Of a stretch of DNA of 64,000 bases, positions 13,689-27,915 are shown one piece after another; the first letter of the stretch is position 1; each line of letters starts with the position of its first letter. Location of the stretch: assembly GCA_965645245.1 (NCBI GenBank), contig OZ287072.1, positions 1,922,001 through 1,986,000 of the forward strand. The letters are read 5' to 3'. The DNA comes from Massalongia carnosa (taxonomy: Eukaryota). Under the pieces are notes generated by a model. That model made no database searches. It was not told the origin of the DNA and saw only the letters and a list, made by a program, of their open reading frames with translations. Made by a program: the position numbers and the translations under genes.

Positions 13689-16219
13689 ATGGAGGATGTG
13701 CCTCCCTCGTACGAGCACGCAACTACTCGAAACCACTGGCGATTGGTAGCGCCATATATACACTCCTCGGATCTTTGTTCGGCATCGCGCGTATGTGCAG
13801 CATGGCATACTATCTTTGAGCCATTTCTCTGGGGCAATCCAGCCTCTCACTTCGGCACAGAGAATGACAGAGTATATGGTGAGTGAGAATTCGATAAATG
13901 GTGTGAGCGCAATACTGACATTGCGAAGTCGCCCTCACCAGATTCAAGAGGACGTTGAAGATCGCCCGCTTGAGCGTGCGGCAGCTTACCCATACCCTAC
14001 ACCTCCCCCCTGCGCAGTCGGAGATTTACGATGGCCCTCATCCCGAGTGGCTTCGAGATGTGCTAGAGCAGTTACCACATTTACAGACGCTGGTGGTTTC
14101 GCGGCTGCCTTTCTTCGATCACGCCTCGCTCCATGCGCTGCGGCTTCACAGCGATCCCAAACGATCCGTGGCATTAACCCCCCCCCCTACTTATGCGCTA
14201 AGGTTGCTCATTGCAGTGCAATGCCGCAACACAACGTCTACGGGCCTTGCCGAGGCTTTGATCCATCTGCCAAACCTTGTCTTTCTGGACCTGTCAAATA
14301 CTACACCCGCCAAGGACAAGAACGTCTTATCGACTCTGCGTTACATGGCCAATCTGCAGGTCGTGAAACTACGACAGGTTAATCTCAGAGACGAGGATCT
14401 TGAGACGCTAGCACATGCAGTGGGTATCCGTATCAGGAGCCTCGACGTACGAAGTAATATCTTAACTGACAAAAGTGTCAATATTCTCCTCCGTTCATGC
14501 TTCGAACACTCTGGTGCTAATAACGGGCTTATCGAACGCGGACAACAGTATCTGTCTGGTGCTGCGTTTGAAGATTGGCCTTCTGGGATTGCTAGGCCTG
14601 AGCCGGACCTTTTGGATGACTTTCGGCATGACGCTTTGGATGAACATTTTATGAAACAGCTAGCGAAGCCCACGGTAAGAAGACTACCATCCGAGGATCT
14701 ACCACATTCTGGAATTACCCATCTTTACATATCAGATAACCTGTTGACAACGGTAGGCTTGATAAGGCTGCTCGAGTCAAGATGCTTGTTTGTGTTGGAC
14801 GTTGGTGTCCCGAGCAAGGCCAATACCTCCCAGAGACACGGGTCTTTCTCATCTCCGCCACGTTCTATTGCTGAGGACTCAGCATATACCCTGGGACTCG
14901 ATAAGATCATTTCTTTCACCAAGAAGCCCTACTTCGAGAATTTAACCTGGCTCCGCATCCACCACTCGGTTGTCACGCAGAAAATCTTGGTTGGCGGGAA
15001 AAATTCATCTCCAGCGGTGTCGCCCGTATCCTATGAAATGAGCGCTGAACAAACTAAATATGAACTGGATGCCGCTCCTCCTGTCTTAGAGTTAACTATA
15101 GAGAAGGCGGAGTCACGCTATGAACTCCAAGGAGACTCGATTCATCTCCTTGTAAGTCCCGCAATTGGTGAAACCCCATCATTAGAATCCCACAAAAGCT
15201 TGCCGTCGCCCAAGGGTGGTGGTGCATTTGCACCTGAGGCCGTCGAAGAACCAATCGATGAAGCAGGCGCTAGCCCAATTCTCTCCCTAGCAGGCCTACT
15301 TCCCATGGCACAAGCTACCAATGGCATCAGCGGAGACTCGAGGTCATTTTTTCCACTGGAAGAAAAACAGGGGTTGTTGGGAAAGGAATCACCGCAGGAG
15401 CTGAGCATTGCACTCATCCATAGACAACGGCAAGAGCTCCGCTCGCGGCAACGTGAGAAGCCCTCTATCCTTTCACCAGGGATGCTTCCCAAATTACGTA
15501 CCCTAATCCTCATCGATATTCCTTGCAGTGATCCTCATCAAGGTATCGTTGATGGTTTGGTTCAATTCATTTCCGACTGCGCTTCGGAAGCCGAGCTTGC
15601 TGAACTTGGAACATCCCTAATCAAGCCTCAGAAAAACTTTTCCCTTGGTCTGCAGACCATGGGACGGACCCGCAGCGGTGGTAAGGATGCGTTTGCGCTT
15701 TCGAAGATCGTGCTTGAAATGGCGCCACCAGCCTCGATTTCCAACGTATCTTCCAACCCCTTTCGTGTGCTTCAAGATCAAAAATTTGCACATCGTACCA
15801 AATCCTCCACCGAAGATGCAGATAGTGAGGCATTATGGTCTGCTCAAGAAAATGACTTCTCTTTTTTTGGGGAGGATGAAGAATGCGGACTTCCCGCCAT
15901 GGAACAGGCCTTGCATCCCCCCATTGCCATGATATCAGAAAAAATGGTGTTATCTACAGAGGAGTTACAGATTGATACTACATCAACCCCAAAACCATTG
16001 AAAAAGGCCGGACTCGGAGTGGACGTGATTCAGGAGCTGGCTAATTTTCGGAAATTAAGAAAAGCAGCCTATGATGTAGCAGTCCAAAAAGGGGAAAGAT
16101 TTGTCGACGGATACTGGCCCGGTGAAGTCAAGATTGTGAGATGGCATGCAAGGGAATCCCCAAAAAGCGGCATGTTGGATTACTACGGTAATTGCTATGA
16201 GAAGGGGATATATCGATGA
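13689..16219 (+). CDS. Leucine-rich-repeat protein with F-box-like N-terminus
   Basis: Exon 1 (MEDVPPSYE...DLCSASRVCAAWH) splices through intron 13879-13928 into a 754-aa ORF with LxxLxL repeats (LPNLVFLDLSN, IRSLDVRSN, ITHLYISDN). Confidence 0.75.
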
Positions 16220-16329
16220 TACACGGCTATATGTATCATTATATCTCCACTCCAGCTATCGAGCTATTATTGCGGCTTTGCTTACATAACTTCAAGTGAG
16301 TTAAATGTTTTGTGCCTTCTAAATCTTAC

Positions 16330-17860
16330 GGCCTTTTGCTTATCCCAGGTATGATTCTCAGAGTATGTCAGCTTTTCTTGAGTCAACGAAGTTCGAGATG
16401 TGTAAAGAACTAACTAGCAGCTGAAAACACATAATTGAGATTCAGAATGTGCTTGTAAAGCCAAGAACAGCAAAGTTTGTTTGGTAGACTAATTTATCAG
16501 ATGCATATCCTTTCATTCATATTTTACTAATTTGATCTTCACCCAGCTTCTACTTTGCTTTAGCGCTAAATCGTGCTTCATTCAGCATTACTTCTTCCGC
16601 TACCATTTTCTTCCTCTGTGGACAGTAGGCCGTGATTTATCTAGATGCTGTATATTTTTAAAAGTCTGAGCAGCAGCAGCTGTCCTCACCTAGAGCTTGA
16701 TGGAGGCACACCGCTTGTCTACTCAATCTTTCTTTATGCATAGTAATTATGCCTTTGGTCTCGTTCTCACAAAGTGATCTGATATCTCTACTAAAAAGTA
16801 CTGAACCAAAAAGCTCGATCAGCTTGTTCTCTGAATATCTGGAAAGCATACATTTCCTCCATTGCACTCCTTCCAAAACCCTACTCTCTATGATGACGGG
16901 TAATATTGCAGCAGCTATAACTCATCATTACATCACTGTATATTTTTACTCAGCAGACACCTTCCCTCAAGTCTTAGGCTTTGACTATGGGCCTACTAAA
17001 TTCTCAAAAGCAAACAATATAAAAATCCTTATAACCAATAGTTTCCAAATTTCTCTTGACATCTACTATGCTGTGGAAAAATCCTCTAGCTATTGTGCAA
17101 CCTCAGAGAAGAAACTGGATTGGCCGAATACTTCCCAAAAGGCCTTTTCTAGCTTACCATGTTCTCAATCTAAAACGAAACATATATTGCTAACTTTTTC
17201 GTGTTAGCGTAATATACCTACCAGTTTCTTCGCCTCTTTTTCGGATATCTCTAATACAAATAACATATCCTTTTATCCTTTACAATAGCTGCCCTCAGAG
17301 CCGATAGCACAGCTTCAGTACCTACGAATGATGCCATCTGTCTGATCTTCTGGCAATTAACTCGAGGCATACGTTTCAACTATTTTCCAGGTGAGAGAAG
17401 TATTTACCGACTTTGCTCTCGTACCAAAGAAAGACGATTCCGTTTTACTTTGCTTCCAGCATAGACCCTCAGCACCTCCTATATTCTACTGGCGGGAAGA
17501 TTCTAGATTTGGAACGACTTGGGAGCAGCGTCGAGCAAATCTCTAAAGTTCTAAAGCAACTATTCGCGACTCTCCGCCAATATCACATGAGCTAGTCAAA
17601 ATACGTCTCAATCTTATCAAGTTCAAGCCTCCCAGACGTGAGGGCGATAGCTGACTGGATCATCAGAGCTAAGATACATTGATTCGCTGAGGCTCTTACG
17701 AAAAAAAACCGCGCAGGCTCTGAGTGGTATGACTTTGTCGGCATTGCTGTCATCGTAAGGTGACGCTTGTACGCTCAAGGCATTAAGAGAATGCGGTATT
17801 GCGCGGACTCTTTTAACAATCCTTGGCGCTTCAAATGGCATAATGCCTCTGTACATTAAG
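16330..17860 (-). pseudogene. Degenerate gene relic, possibly TET/JBP-like 2OG-Fe(II) dioxygenase
   Basis: Long protein-like frame with TAG/TAA/TGA stops (...RQMASFVGTEAVLSALRAAIV...GFWKECNGGNVCFPDIQ...SDHFVRT). Confidence 0.4.
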
Positions 17861-20800
17861 AATTATCCCAGTATAATTCGAACACTAATCACTGCAGAAA
17901 ATTCCCGTTTTCTCATGGATGGTTTGTCAACCTGGTGAAGCACAAAGTTGATGAATTGAATAAAAATCATATAGGAAAAGACGACGAGGTCTAGAAAAGG
18001 GAAAGTACTTGATATGTTTAATGCAAATGGTGGTTGACGGGAAAGAGAAATGCAAGATCCTGCGAGTCTGGTCTTTGAAAGCAAACCCATCACAACTTAT
18101 GAACGCAAGACTTGACAGTGAGAGAATCCTACAAGCTGGAGGAATAGGTCATTATCACGCGGCAATCTGATAGAGAATTCCTACAAGGTAAAGCCTATAT
18201 TTGGAAATCTCTGAAAAATTCCTCCTTGAAGGGATTCCTGTTGGGTTTGACCCGAAGAAGAAGGCGATTAGCGGGGCAAATCATGAGAGCTCGTACAGGT
18301 CCTCGAATAACCATTATAGATTACGCGTTTACAGCCAATGAACTTTACTTGCTGCCATCCAAGCTTCAAATTATCCGAAGATTCTGGGGCTCTAGGCCAG
18401 CATAAAGAACGACCAATTTACCCCGGCATGCTGGTAATGAGTTTTTGATGTTCCACAACAGAAAACATCACCTAATCAGAAATTTGTATTACTTAGCCGT
18501 GTTATCCACAGCTACTGTTCCCTGCTGAAAGAAAAGGAGTTCTCGCCTTGTTTTCGAGGGCGAATACTCCTCCCACCTTACTTAGCTTCCTCGTGGCGAG
18601 AACCAGGACCGTGGTCTTTAGAGGTTATATAGTAATCAGTTGGGATGGCATCGAGAAGAAATCCGGGTTGTTCGTTCGGCTTGCAGATGATTATTCGGCA
18701 CTCTAGAATTTTCGATTATCGCTGGCTTGAATTGGCTCTTGGGCTTCTTTTCCATGGTAGGACTGCGCTGTCAAAAGAACAGACGCCTGTGGGAGGAGGG
18801 GCTTGGGCGGCAGCTGCCGTGACCCCCCTGAGGCTAGCTTTCCCAAAGCTGCAACCGAGCTGATGAAGGTGGATGGGGCTCAAGTCCCGCTTTCTGGTAA
18901 ATTTACAAGCATGCTCTAAGTTAATTGTTACCATGGAACTGAGTCAAAGAATAAAAGAAAAGATGGTAAATAAGCTGCAGTCGCCGCGGGCTGCGACTTG
19001 TGAAGGTGCCCCAAAAATACGTTGGCATATATAGTATGAGCCAGAAAGCGAGAACAAAGCGTTCGCACTCTCTAAGCCGAAATATCGACATTATAATTTC
19101 TTTTGCCGGCTGAAGGTGTCATCAATCCTAAGAATGGATGGAAACCCAGCAGATCGGATCTTTCCGTCGACTGTGAAAGGCTCACTCAGCCCAAATTCCC
19201 TATAGCTTCCACAGGAACTTATCAAATATCAGAAGAATTTCTCGAAGCGGCACAACAGGATATATTGGGAGGGTGCTCGAGCATAATCGTGCCTCTTCCC
19301 CTATACATTCTTCAACCCCCTATATCTATTGGCAGAGACTTTTAACCAAATATAAATCAGGAATGCCTAACTTTGTGAGGCTTGTGCAAGTTATATATAG
19401 GTACAGGACTTGGCCGTTTATATTCGACCACAAGATGGATACAGCCAGGGCTTTGTGGAAGTTGCAGAAGCTTCCTCAGTCGGCTCTTCGTCACCATGCC
19501 ACCTAGAGCGAAAAACCCTGTAGCAGGCATGCTGCCTACGCTGCTCAAAACGCCTGCTCTAGCACCTCGCCGGAAATACACCCTTGCCCAACCCCCCTCT
19601 CGCTCGGTTTGCAACCCTTGCACGCGGAAATATGCCAAAAGCATTAATGTAAGTGAGGTACAGGGTTATAGATGATCTTAATGCCAATCATGCATCCATG
19701 GGGCTAGAGAAGCCGGACAGCGCAACGGGTGTTAATTAGGATCGACGGAGTGAGTTTAATCATATATGATTTTGGACGATTGGGCTACCGTAAATTTGTT
19801 TCTCCTCTGCTCGCAGCCATTGGCAATTGCTCGAACTGGTTCTAAGTGGGCGGTTGACCTTCAACTGGTCGGCAGGTAATAGAGCGCCAAGCGAGTTTCA
19901 GACTGGACATTATGCCTATGATGAAGTTGTGCTGAATCTGTTCTTTTCATGTAAGACCACCGAGCGCTGACCAGAAAGAAAGGCCCCTTTTCGTAGAGCG
20001 ATGTCTCATCGGACATTTGCGGCGCTTGATGATGAGAGAACAGGCAAGCCTAGAGCTATATAAGGTTTGAAAGGAGAGATGGACTTTGGATCGAAATCTG
20101 GTGGCTAGAACTAAAAAGTTACATTCTCGACTACCAAAATCGAAAAGAAGAAACGCGATAGATATTCAGCGTGGGAGAGTCGATAGTTTTGGAGGATGAA
20201 AATTCACGGCTGGCTACCTACACAAACCGGACTTGATGATATTTTGTCAGTAAGTAGCAAATTCCCCAAACGAACTACCCCTATGTTTGAAAGCTCGCAG
20301 CTAGTGTGACAACCATTACCTCAGCCCAGAGAGATGTGGAGAAGAACATGAGGGTAGATGACGATACGTACCATGGGATGCTAGCTGCCTACATCAAGGC
20401 CGGAGAGGATTTGGTCTTCAGGACCAGGATAGTTTGCACCGTCCTGAATGAGTACATCGCTACTTCATACGGTCCGGCAGACCACGTGGCTAAGGCTGCA
20501 CCCTTTGTAGACTTACAGCAGCCACACGCTCAGATCTTGCAAGATCATGCAAGTATGAAGCTGACTGCAGCCAGCCAGTTGCCGGCCAATCCTAGGGTAC
20601 TTGCTAAAAGAAAGCGCCTACCAGCTCTGCACCGGCTAGCTCTGTAGGCGCGCCAACACGAGACAGTTCCGTAAGCGTTGGTTACCCTCCGGCTACTCCA
20701 TCTGCACTTACAGACAGCGTACCTGCTGCGTCAGCCGATGGGGGGACAGTCCGAAAGAAGCTAGAGACAGCACACCTACACACGCCCGTCCACACTCCCA

Positions 20801-23530
20801 TCAAGCTTAACCTACTAAACAAGCGGTTCTACTAGCAATACGACGCCACAGGTGCCGCCGACGCCGACGCCCCCAACACCCTCGGAATCTGTAGCGCCCG
20901 CTACCCCGGACTCTGACTTTCAGATTCCTCCCGAGAAGAGCGAGCGCATGGGTCTGGGGCCACGTAGCTCTCCGTCGACTACTACGTCAGCCTTGCATAC
21001 AGCTCTTATAGCTTGGGTCATGACAGACTCTGTAAGCGTCCTCTGACTCCTGTATCGTATTCCTCTTTCGGCTATCTCCATCTCCAAGTGCTCACTTGGA
21101 ATATAGCAAAGTGGGTACATGCTCTGCCGAAAGGACTAGACGTTGCAAAATGGGGTCTCCAGAGGTTATATTATGACCAAAGATACGAATTCTAACTCTG
21201 AATTATGGATAGCCCTGTTACGAAAATTAGGAGTAAAATTTCCACAGCTCGCAACTTACTGTGAACAGACTGATGGTCAGAGTAAGTGCATCTTGTGGAT
21301 ATAGCTTTGCGCACAATAGAAAGGATTGGCCTACGTTTAAGGGCCCTATGCTGTGGTTTTCTATAACTTTCAATCGATTACTACCGGTAAATTCGTCCAA
21401 CGAGGCATTGTATGCCTTCAAACTAGTACGAAGCTCCAACTCAGCCAACCTGAAAATGCCTACCCTAACATCTTCAACGCACTGTTTCAATTTTAAAAGG
21501 ATTACTCCTTGGTCATGGATCTCTGCTGAAAGCACGGTGTAATGCTGCTAATGAGAATTGCTCTTACATTCATGCTTCGGTTCTCGAAGGACTAGGAAGA
21601 AATACAAGCAATCTATGCTTTTCTCGGAGTACTTATTCGATAAGTGGCTCATCTGAGTAACGACTCTTGACTGCAGGAGTGTTTATGATAATATCTTCAT
21701 TTATACTACGGGTACCAGAAAACGGGCGAGTAGTTCGGAAACACTCGAGATGAATGACAGAGCCTGCAAAACGCCCTAAAGAGGCTTTAGCAACCTGGAG
21801 CATATACCTACGGTGGGTTTCCGCGGTGGCTGTCTGTTGATCCAACCACTTGAAACACAACTCTTCTCGAGTTATTTGAAGCGTGGATGATGGCTTGGAA
21901 AAAAGATGAGACTTTGAGGAGTGGAATGTGAGTGAGACGTTATGAATAGAAGAAAGCGGCAGCTATATATAAATAGAGGTCTCTCACCTAGAGTGTTTTC
22001 GTTGTCGGACGTACGGAACGGGTAGAAAATCTATAGGATTGGCAATAAGAAATAGAAAGATTTGTGTTGGTTTGTTCGGCCATGAATATGCTCTGTGGAT
22101 AAGAACAACAGAGAAGAGGTATTGGGCTCTTGCGTTTGCCAAGACCTGAACCAGGGCTCACGTCTAGACTAAACTGGAGGGTGATCAGTATTATTTTTTG
22201 ATATCAGGGATGACAACATTAACGGACGCTTCGGTCAGTCACGGCTATCAGCAGCTACCTAAAATATATAGTTACATCAAGCGGATTCCTCAAATCCCGA
22301 AGTTGCGGAGTTCATAGGGATAGGGCACCTTTCGAGCTTGACTGCTACTGTCCAAATAGATGCAGGGAGTGATAGAAGGAGCCTTTGAAAATCAGCAGCT
22401 CATCGTTTTGCCCGCAGAGATTAGCATCAAGCCGCAAGTATGGATGTTTCTTGTAAGAGATAGAGGAGGTTTGCGGAACGCTCGGATAGGTCCAGGAGAG
22501 AAGATCTTTGCTGACTCACGGTTTTATTTTTTCAGTTTCATCACTAACTCTATCCATTCACGAAGTCTTTAATATTATTCAAACCCGTTATTCTAAATCG
22601 TCAGATAAAAGTGTTCTTTGCTTTTATTTTCGAATTGGAGACTTGTTCGAGACTTGATGTGGGTTTTGTACAGAATGATGAACAACTCAGAAGATAGGGT
22701 TCAAGCAAGAAGCATTGGAGTGGAAAACGTCCCGATTTCTAGATCTATAGATAGGAATAAAAAACCTAAGGAGGTTGGACAGGATGATTCCTGCAAGGGC
22801 AAGTTCTGTCTATGAACGGGAGTGTTTGACTATCCGGACCAAAGTACTTTATGAGCTTATACTTGATAATCCAAAGTTGGCGGAAAACCCCTTTGCTAAT
22901 TCTACCTCTTCCTCAAGAACAAGAGTTTTTTCCTATATCAATTTATACAATCATATCCTATACACCCTACAAAGAATTCCCTTACAGATACTAGCCGCCG
23001 GCCACACAGCCAGCCCCTAGTTTTAAAAAAGTAGAACCAGGAGGTTATTTTCTTCATTTAGATTATATTTGCATTATGCTCATCCCCATTTGCCCAACTT
23101 AGGTCTCGAATCTAAGTGCCAAACGCCAGCCAGCATTTTCTCGACCTTTCCTTCCCTCAAGGCATTTGGAGTCCGGGTTTGCATATCTACTTCCGACGAT
23201 CTCCAGATATCTTAGTTTTTCTCCCCGTGGATTCCCATTATCGACTGCTTCGACAATATCTCGCGGCCCCACCGTATCGGCTCTGCAACAGTTCAGGGAC
23301 ATTTTCAGATAAAAGGGGGTTTATTTGTTATTTTCTGCTGTACAGGTTATGTATGTATGCATGCATATCCCCCTTCGCGCTTCTCGGAGACCGGAAGTGC
23401 CTACCTTTCCGGGCCGTTCGCTAGCAGTTAGAGAGTCAAGGAGTACTCGAGGGACGATCGGATATTTTTGCTATGGTTTTCATCGATTTAGAAGGTCATA
23501 CAGATGTCTTATAGAGAAGAAATGGTCGAA

Positions 23531-23946
23531 TGTTGTGGTGGACGGTTAATCACCACGGTGATAGTAACGTTTGAGGCTTTTGCTCGCGCCAAGGTTGGGT
23601 TGAGATCTCGGAAATTGAATTTTGGCTTCCTCACATCGTGTCATAACGACTCACTTTTATATCTTCAGTCTCACCATCATATTCACAACTTCGTTTTTCT
23701 CTCTCTTATATATAACAGTTTCGAGCTCGATATTCGACTTCCCTTCTTCTTCGATCCAGCTGCGTCACTTTTCGCCATAGCTCTGATCATATTCATGTGA
23801 TGTACAAGATAGACGATTCCAGACGTTGGCTTATTGTATTGGTTCTCAAATATCCTGATCATTTCGTAAATTGTGAATCGTGTTTTATGGTTGGTTGCAG
23901 AAACGTTTGGCGAGACGAGGACAGTGCAATGGATGCATGCGCTACA
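23531..23946 (+). mobile_element. Possible solo LTR
   Basis: TGTTG...CTACA ends, ~415 bp, internal TATATAA followed by a pyrimidine tract. No clean TSD (TCGAA vs TAAAA). Confidence 0.25.
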
Positions 23947-25249
23947 TAAAATATGCGGGAAAGAGAATGAATGACTATATGGATGATGGTGAAAATGATG
24001 GAAAAGGGAGCAGTTTTGAAGCAGCGACGATGGGGGAAAAGCTTACCGTTATCCCGACAGTGGATGGTTTTTAGGAGTATATACGTAGAGGCGAATGTCT
24101 CGAGGAAAATTCTGATAGCTGGGAAATCTCGCTTTCTGGAGCTGTAGCGGTCCTCAAATCTCATCGTACATGACTTTTTTTGTTTTTTTTTTCCGTTGGC
24201 CGCAATCATTTTCAACGTCGCCTTGAGCAACTCTCTTTTCCCCCCCTAGCCACCCCCACCCGCTGTAGTTTCCGCATCCCTCTTTCTCCAATCACCAGCC
24301 CCTATCCCGGCTTCTGACCACCCCAAAAAGCGGAACCACAGACAGTAAGTAGTTAGTTCTTCAAAGCCCTTGCTTTCCTCCCTTCAAAGCTGCTCTCATC
24401 TGTGATTTTCACTGAAGGGGGGATGATCCAGTGAACGACGATATATACTGGAGAAAGCCGGCAATGAAGCACCATACAAATTTTTTTTTAAATGAAATGG
24501 CCTTATATGAACAAGATAGGTCGAAGCGTCGCCAAAGGAAAGTAGAAGGGCAACACAAGTAAAAAATAAAAGTTTGATTCTTATTTCTTTCGTGGCAAGT
24601 TATTTCTAGGGCTAGGTGAGAAGAGATTTCGATCAATGTTTTTTGGTATTTTTATATATAAATAGATTTTATTACTCCCGAGTAAGAAACGAACGGATAG
24701 ACTTCTGGGCGACACCTAGCGATTTCCTAGTCCTCGATATGAAAATCTTGGTTCAGCGCGATGCGAGGTCCTCCAGGTCTCGCGCATTCAAGTGCATGTA
24801 CACCCTAGGTGGTTTGATAGCGACTCGAACACGGCTCTTCCATAAATAGCCAGGGAGAAGAATGGTAGATAAGGCTGGTAAGATTACAGATTGTTCCTTT
24901 GCGAACGATGAAAATTTGAGAGTAGCACGGGATAGAAATAGCGAGAGGGAGAGCAGGCCATGTGCAAGGACTCAGGGGTAAAATGCGCTGGTGGGCCGGA
25001 ATGTTTTAGCAGAAACTGAGCAAAAAAACAAACACCCTTATACGCGGTTCCACGATGTACAATCAACAACATTTGAGCTCATACAGTCGAACCCCGCCAC
25101 AACGATGGTGGCGTTTTACCAAAATAATTTCGTTATAGCGGGTTTTTCGTTATATCGGGGGAGAGGGAAAATCATGGTAAATTTACTACTTTGCCCCCCT
25201 AAAAACCCCCAATTCTCCCCCTTTGTCCCCAGCAAATACCCAAGTGCTT

Positions 25250-26396
25250 AGAGTGGCTTGTTTTTGACTCTTTTGCCGTCTTTCAAACAGCCCCCGTTCA
25301 TGTCTTCGTAATTGACGAAGCATGTCTATATCGCCTTCAACTGCTATTCTTCATGCAGTCTCAGAATCCTACAAGCCTCCTATGCTTGACTCACCGTTAT
25401 AACAGATATAACATTCATCTCTTCATTCGTTTCAGCGAGCCTTTCCTGCTCCGCATATCGTGAAACGACATCATTTATAATGTCTTCATTCGTGTCCCCT
25501 ATAGCCTCCTCGAGCGGGTTTATAAATTGATGAATGTTCATCGGCTCTTCTATTCTATCCATGACCTGCATCTGACGTATGTTTTGTGTAATCGTTTCCA
25601 AAACAGTCTCGAACTCGATTCATTCCGAGGTTCTTGATTGATTAAAGAGTACTGAACCTCAATCAATGACTCCTGATCGCCCTCAGCAGTTCTGTATGAG
25701 CAGCTTACTATGAAAAACACATCTTATCCTGCTTCTGATCGGCGTGCCTCTCAGTATCAAGAGATCGATCAGGTGCCATTTTTCAATAAAGCCCTGTTTC
25801 ATTCATGTTATATGTAAACGTCTTTGACAGCATATTAAGATACTAATTTACGAAGATCAGTCATTATCTGCTGTATATTTTCACTTTGATCAGCTGAACC
25901 AGCCTCGCCATGATAAATGCGTTGTTTGAGTTCTCGTCGTCTTTTAAATCGATCTAGCTAGTCATTGCTCCATTTCGGAGTGGGAATGCCTTCATACTAA
26001 GGCAGTTTGTTTCACAATTCGATGACCTTGATTCGTAGCACTTCAGCATTAACAGTGAGACTGACCTGTTCATATCGTTGCTTTCATTCGAACAAAGCAT
26101 TTTTTTAACCCAGGTCATTTGAGAATAATCTCTCATTTGATTGAGCTCGCCTCCTCTTTATCATTCAGATAAGCATATTTGGAACTGAGAATCTCGTTGA
26201 TAAATACACTCCCAGGCACATAATTATACTCCCTTTTCCACCACATGCGACAGTCGTTCTGAGTCACTTTATCCTTTGAATCATCATTGTACCAGTCCCG
26301 AAGAGCTTTTCGCTGAATATTTGTGATTCCATGACGGGTTTTTTTTCGGGGGGGGGAAATTGACAAAGACATGAAGGCAGGCCATTCTCGAGACAT
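25250..26396 (-). pseudogene. CENP-B/Abp1-like transposase remnant
   Basis: N-terminus RHGITNIQRKALRDWY...WWKREY...INEILSSKYAYL (HTH) and C-terminus MNIHQFINPLEEAIGD. The middle is broken by stops and the DDE region appears largely deleted. Confidence 0.75.
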
Positions 26397-26446
26397 ATTT
26401 ACAGCAGAATCGTAGCAAATATATAACAGCTTTAGACTGAGACGCG

Positions 26447-27915
26447 ATGAACATTCAACTCGAAAACACGTTCGTGATCGCGCACGCGGAGCAGAGAGAT
26501 CAACTGCTGTACAAGATAGATGACTATCTGATAGGCATAGGAGACGGAGGGGAACCGGAGGGAACAGGGATTCTAGAGGAGGTGAAAAATTTTCTCGATA
26601 ATCAGAGAAGCATCGACAACGACAACGAAAACATACCGAAGCCCATTCACGACACCCTGACTGAAATACAAAGAAGTCTAGCCCGTATCGAAAGTGCTAA
26701 GACAGCCACAAAAACCACAAACAGCTATTCCGCAGCCGCCACCAGAGGTCAAGCCTCCGAGGCCCCCCCGATTCCCCGCCGCACCAAGCCAATTACTTCT
26801 TCAAAACAAACCGAACCCTCACCACAAGAAGTTCGTCAGGCAAGAGCAATGACCGTAGTCATTTCCAGCGCAAGCGACAAGGAAAAAATAAAGAACATGC
26901 CCACAAAAGATCTCGTGGAGACACTACAAGCAGAAACGGAGGGGATTCGGGGAGTATCGCGACTCATCAGCGGAGATCTCAAAATTCACACTGAATCACT
27001 AGAAGTCAAAAAGACTCTACAACAAAAGTCGGAATGGACCCGAAAAATAGCCGACTCAGCGGCGATTAAGACACGGACATACTCAGAGTAAATGGTGTCA
27101 AGATGGAACACATCAAAACCGCCAACCAATCGCAGGCCATAGGGTACCTGCAGACCGCTAACGCATGCCTGCACCCGGACCTGCAGATAAAGAAAATAGC
27201 CTGGTCCACCAGGGCTATAAGGGAAAAGAAAGCGTTCTCCACGCTACATATGGAAGTCGCCACCGCCGAAACGGCCAATCGGGTTATAGCCGAGGGTCTC
27301 ATAATCGACTATGAAATCAAAGACTGTGAAAGATTCACAAAGGAATGCACCATGACGCAATGTTTTAATTGTCACAAATATGGTCATATAGGTCGATCAT
27401 GTCCCAACCCCACCGCCTGCGGTCACTGTGCTGGGGCTCACCCTAGCACCGAATGCAACATGGAAACAACAGGTAGATATCGAAGATGTGCTGCATGCAG
27501 TGAAAAGGGATACGAAGCCTAGTCAACATCCTGCGAAATCAGGAAAGTCGAAAAACGCAAAGCAGAGAGGGCCATGCAAAAACGGGTCCCATTCTACCCA
27601 GTAGTCGCCCCCGTACCGGCCCCGTTCAGGTTCCAGAGCGAAAACATCAACCCGGTCCTTGGCAGCACAAACAGCAAAAAGAGGAAAACCGCACCCCCCT
27701 CCAATACCCCCCCGAATCCCCCACGAACGGGAACATCCTGGGCTGACACGGGCATCATGAATCCAGAAAACATGACAAAGGCCCTTGCAAAACCTGTTGT
27801 AGGTAGACCCCCACTCAGACCCCGAGCTGTATCTACTGCCCCGGCGATAATCAGAGCAAACAACACCACCAACGACCCCTCGACCTCCCAGGCCGAATCA
27901 ATGGACGTCCTATGA
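26447..27915 (+). pseudogene. LINE A ORF1 (gag-like)
   Basis: CFNCHKYGHIGRSC, CGHCAGAHPSTEC, CAAC knuckles. Frameshift near 27090 and in-frame TAG at 27520. Confidence 0.88.

Noticed and set aside
21227..21900. Orphan two-exon gene on -
   Set aside because: Protein-like fragments, but no clear start codon or recognisable motif
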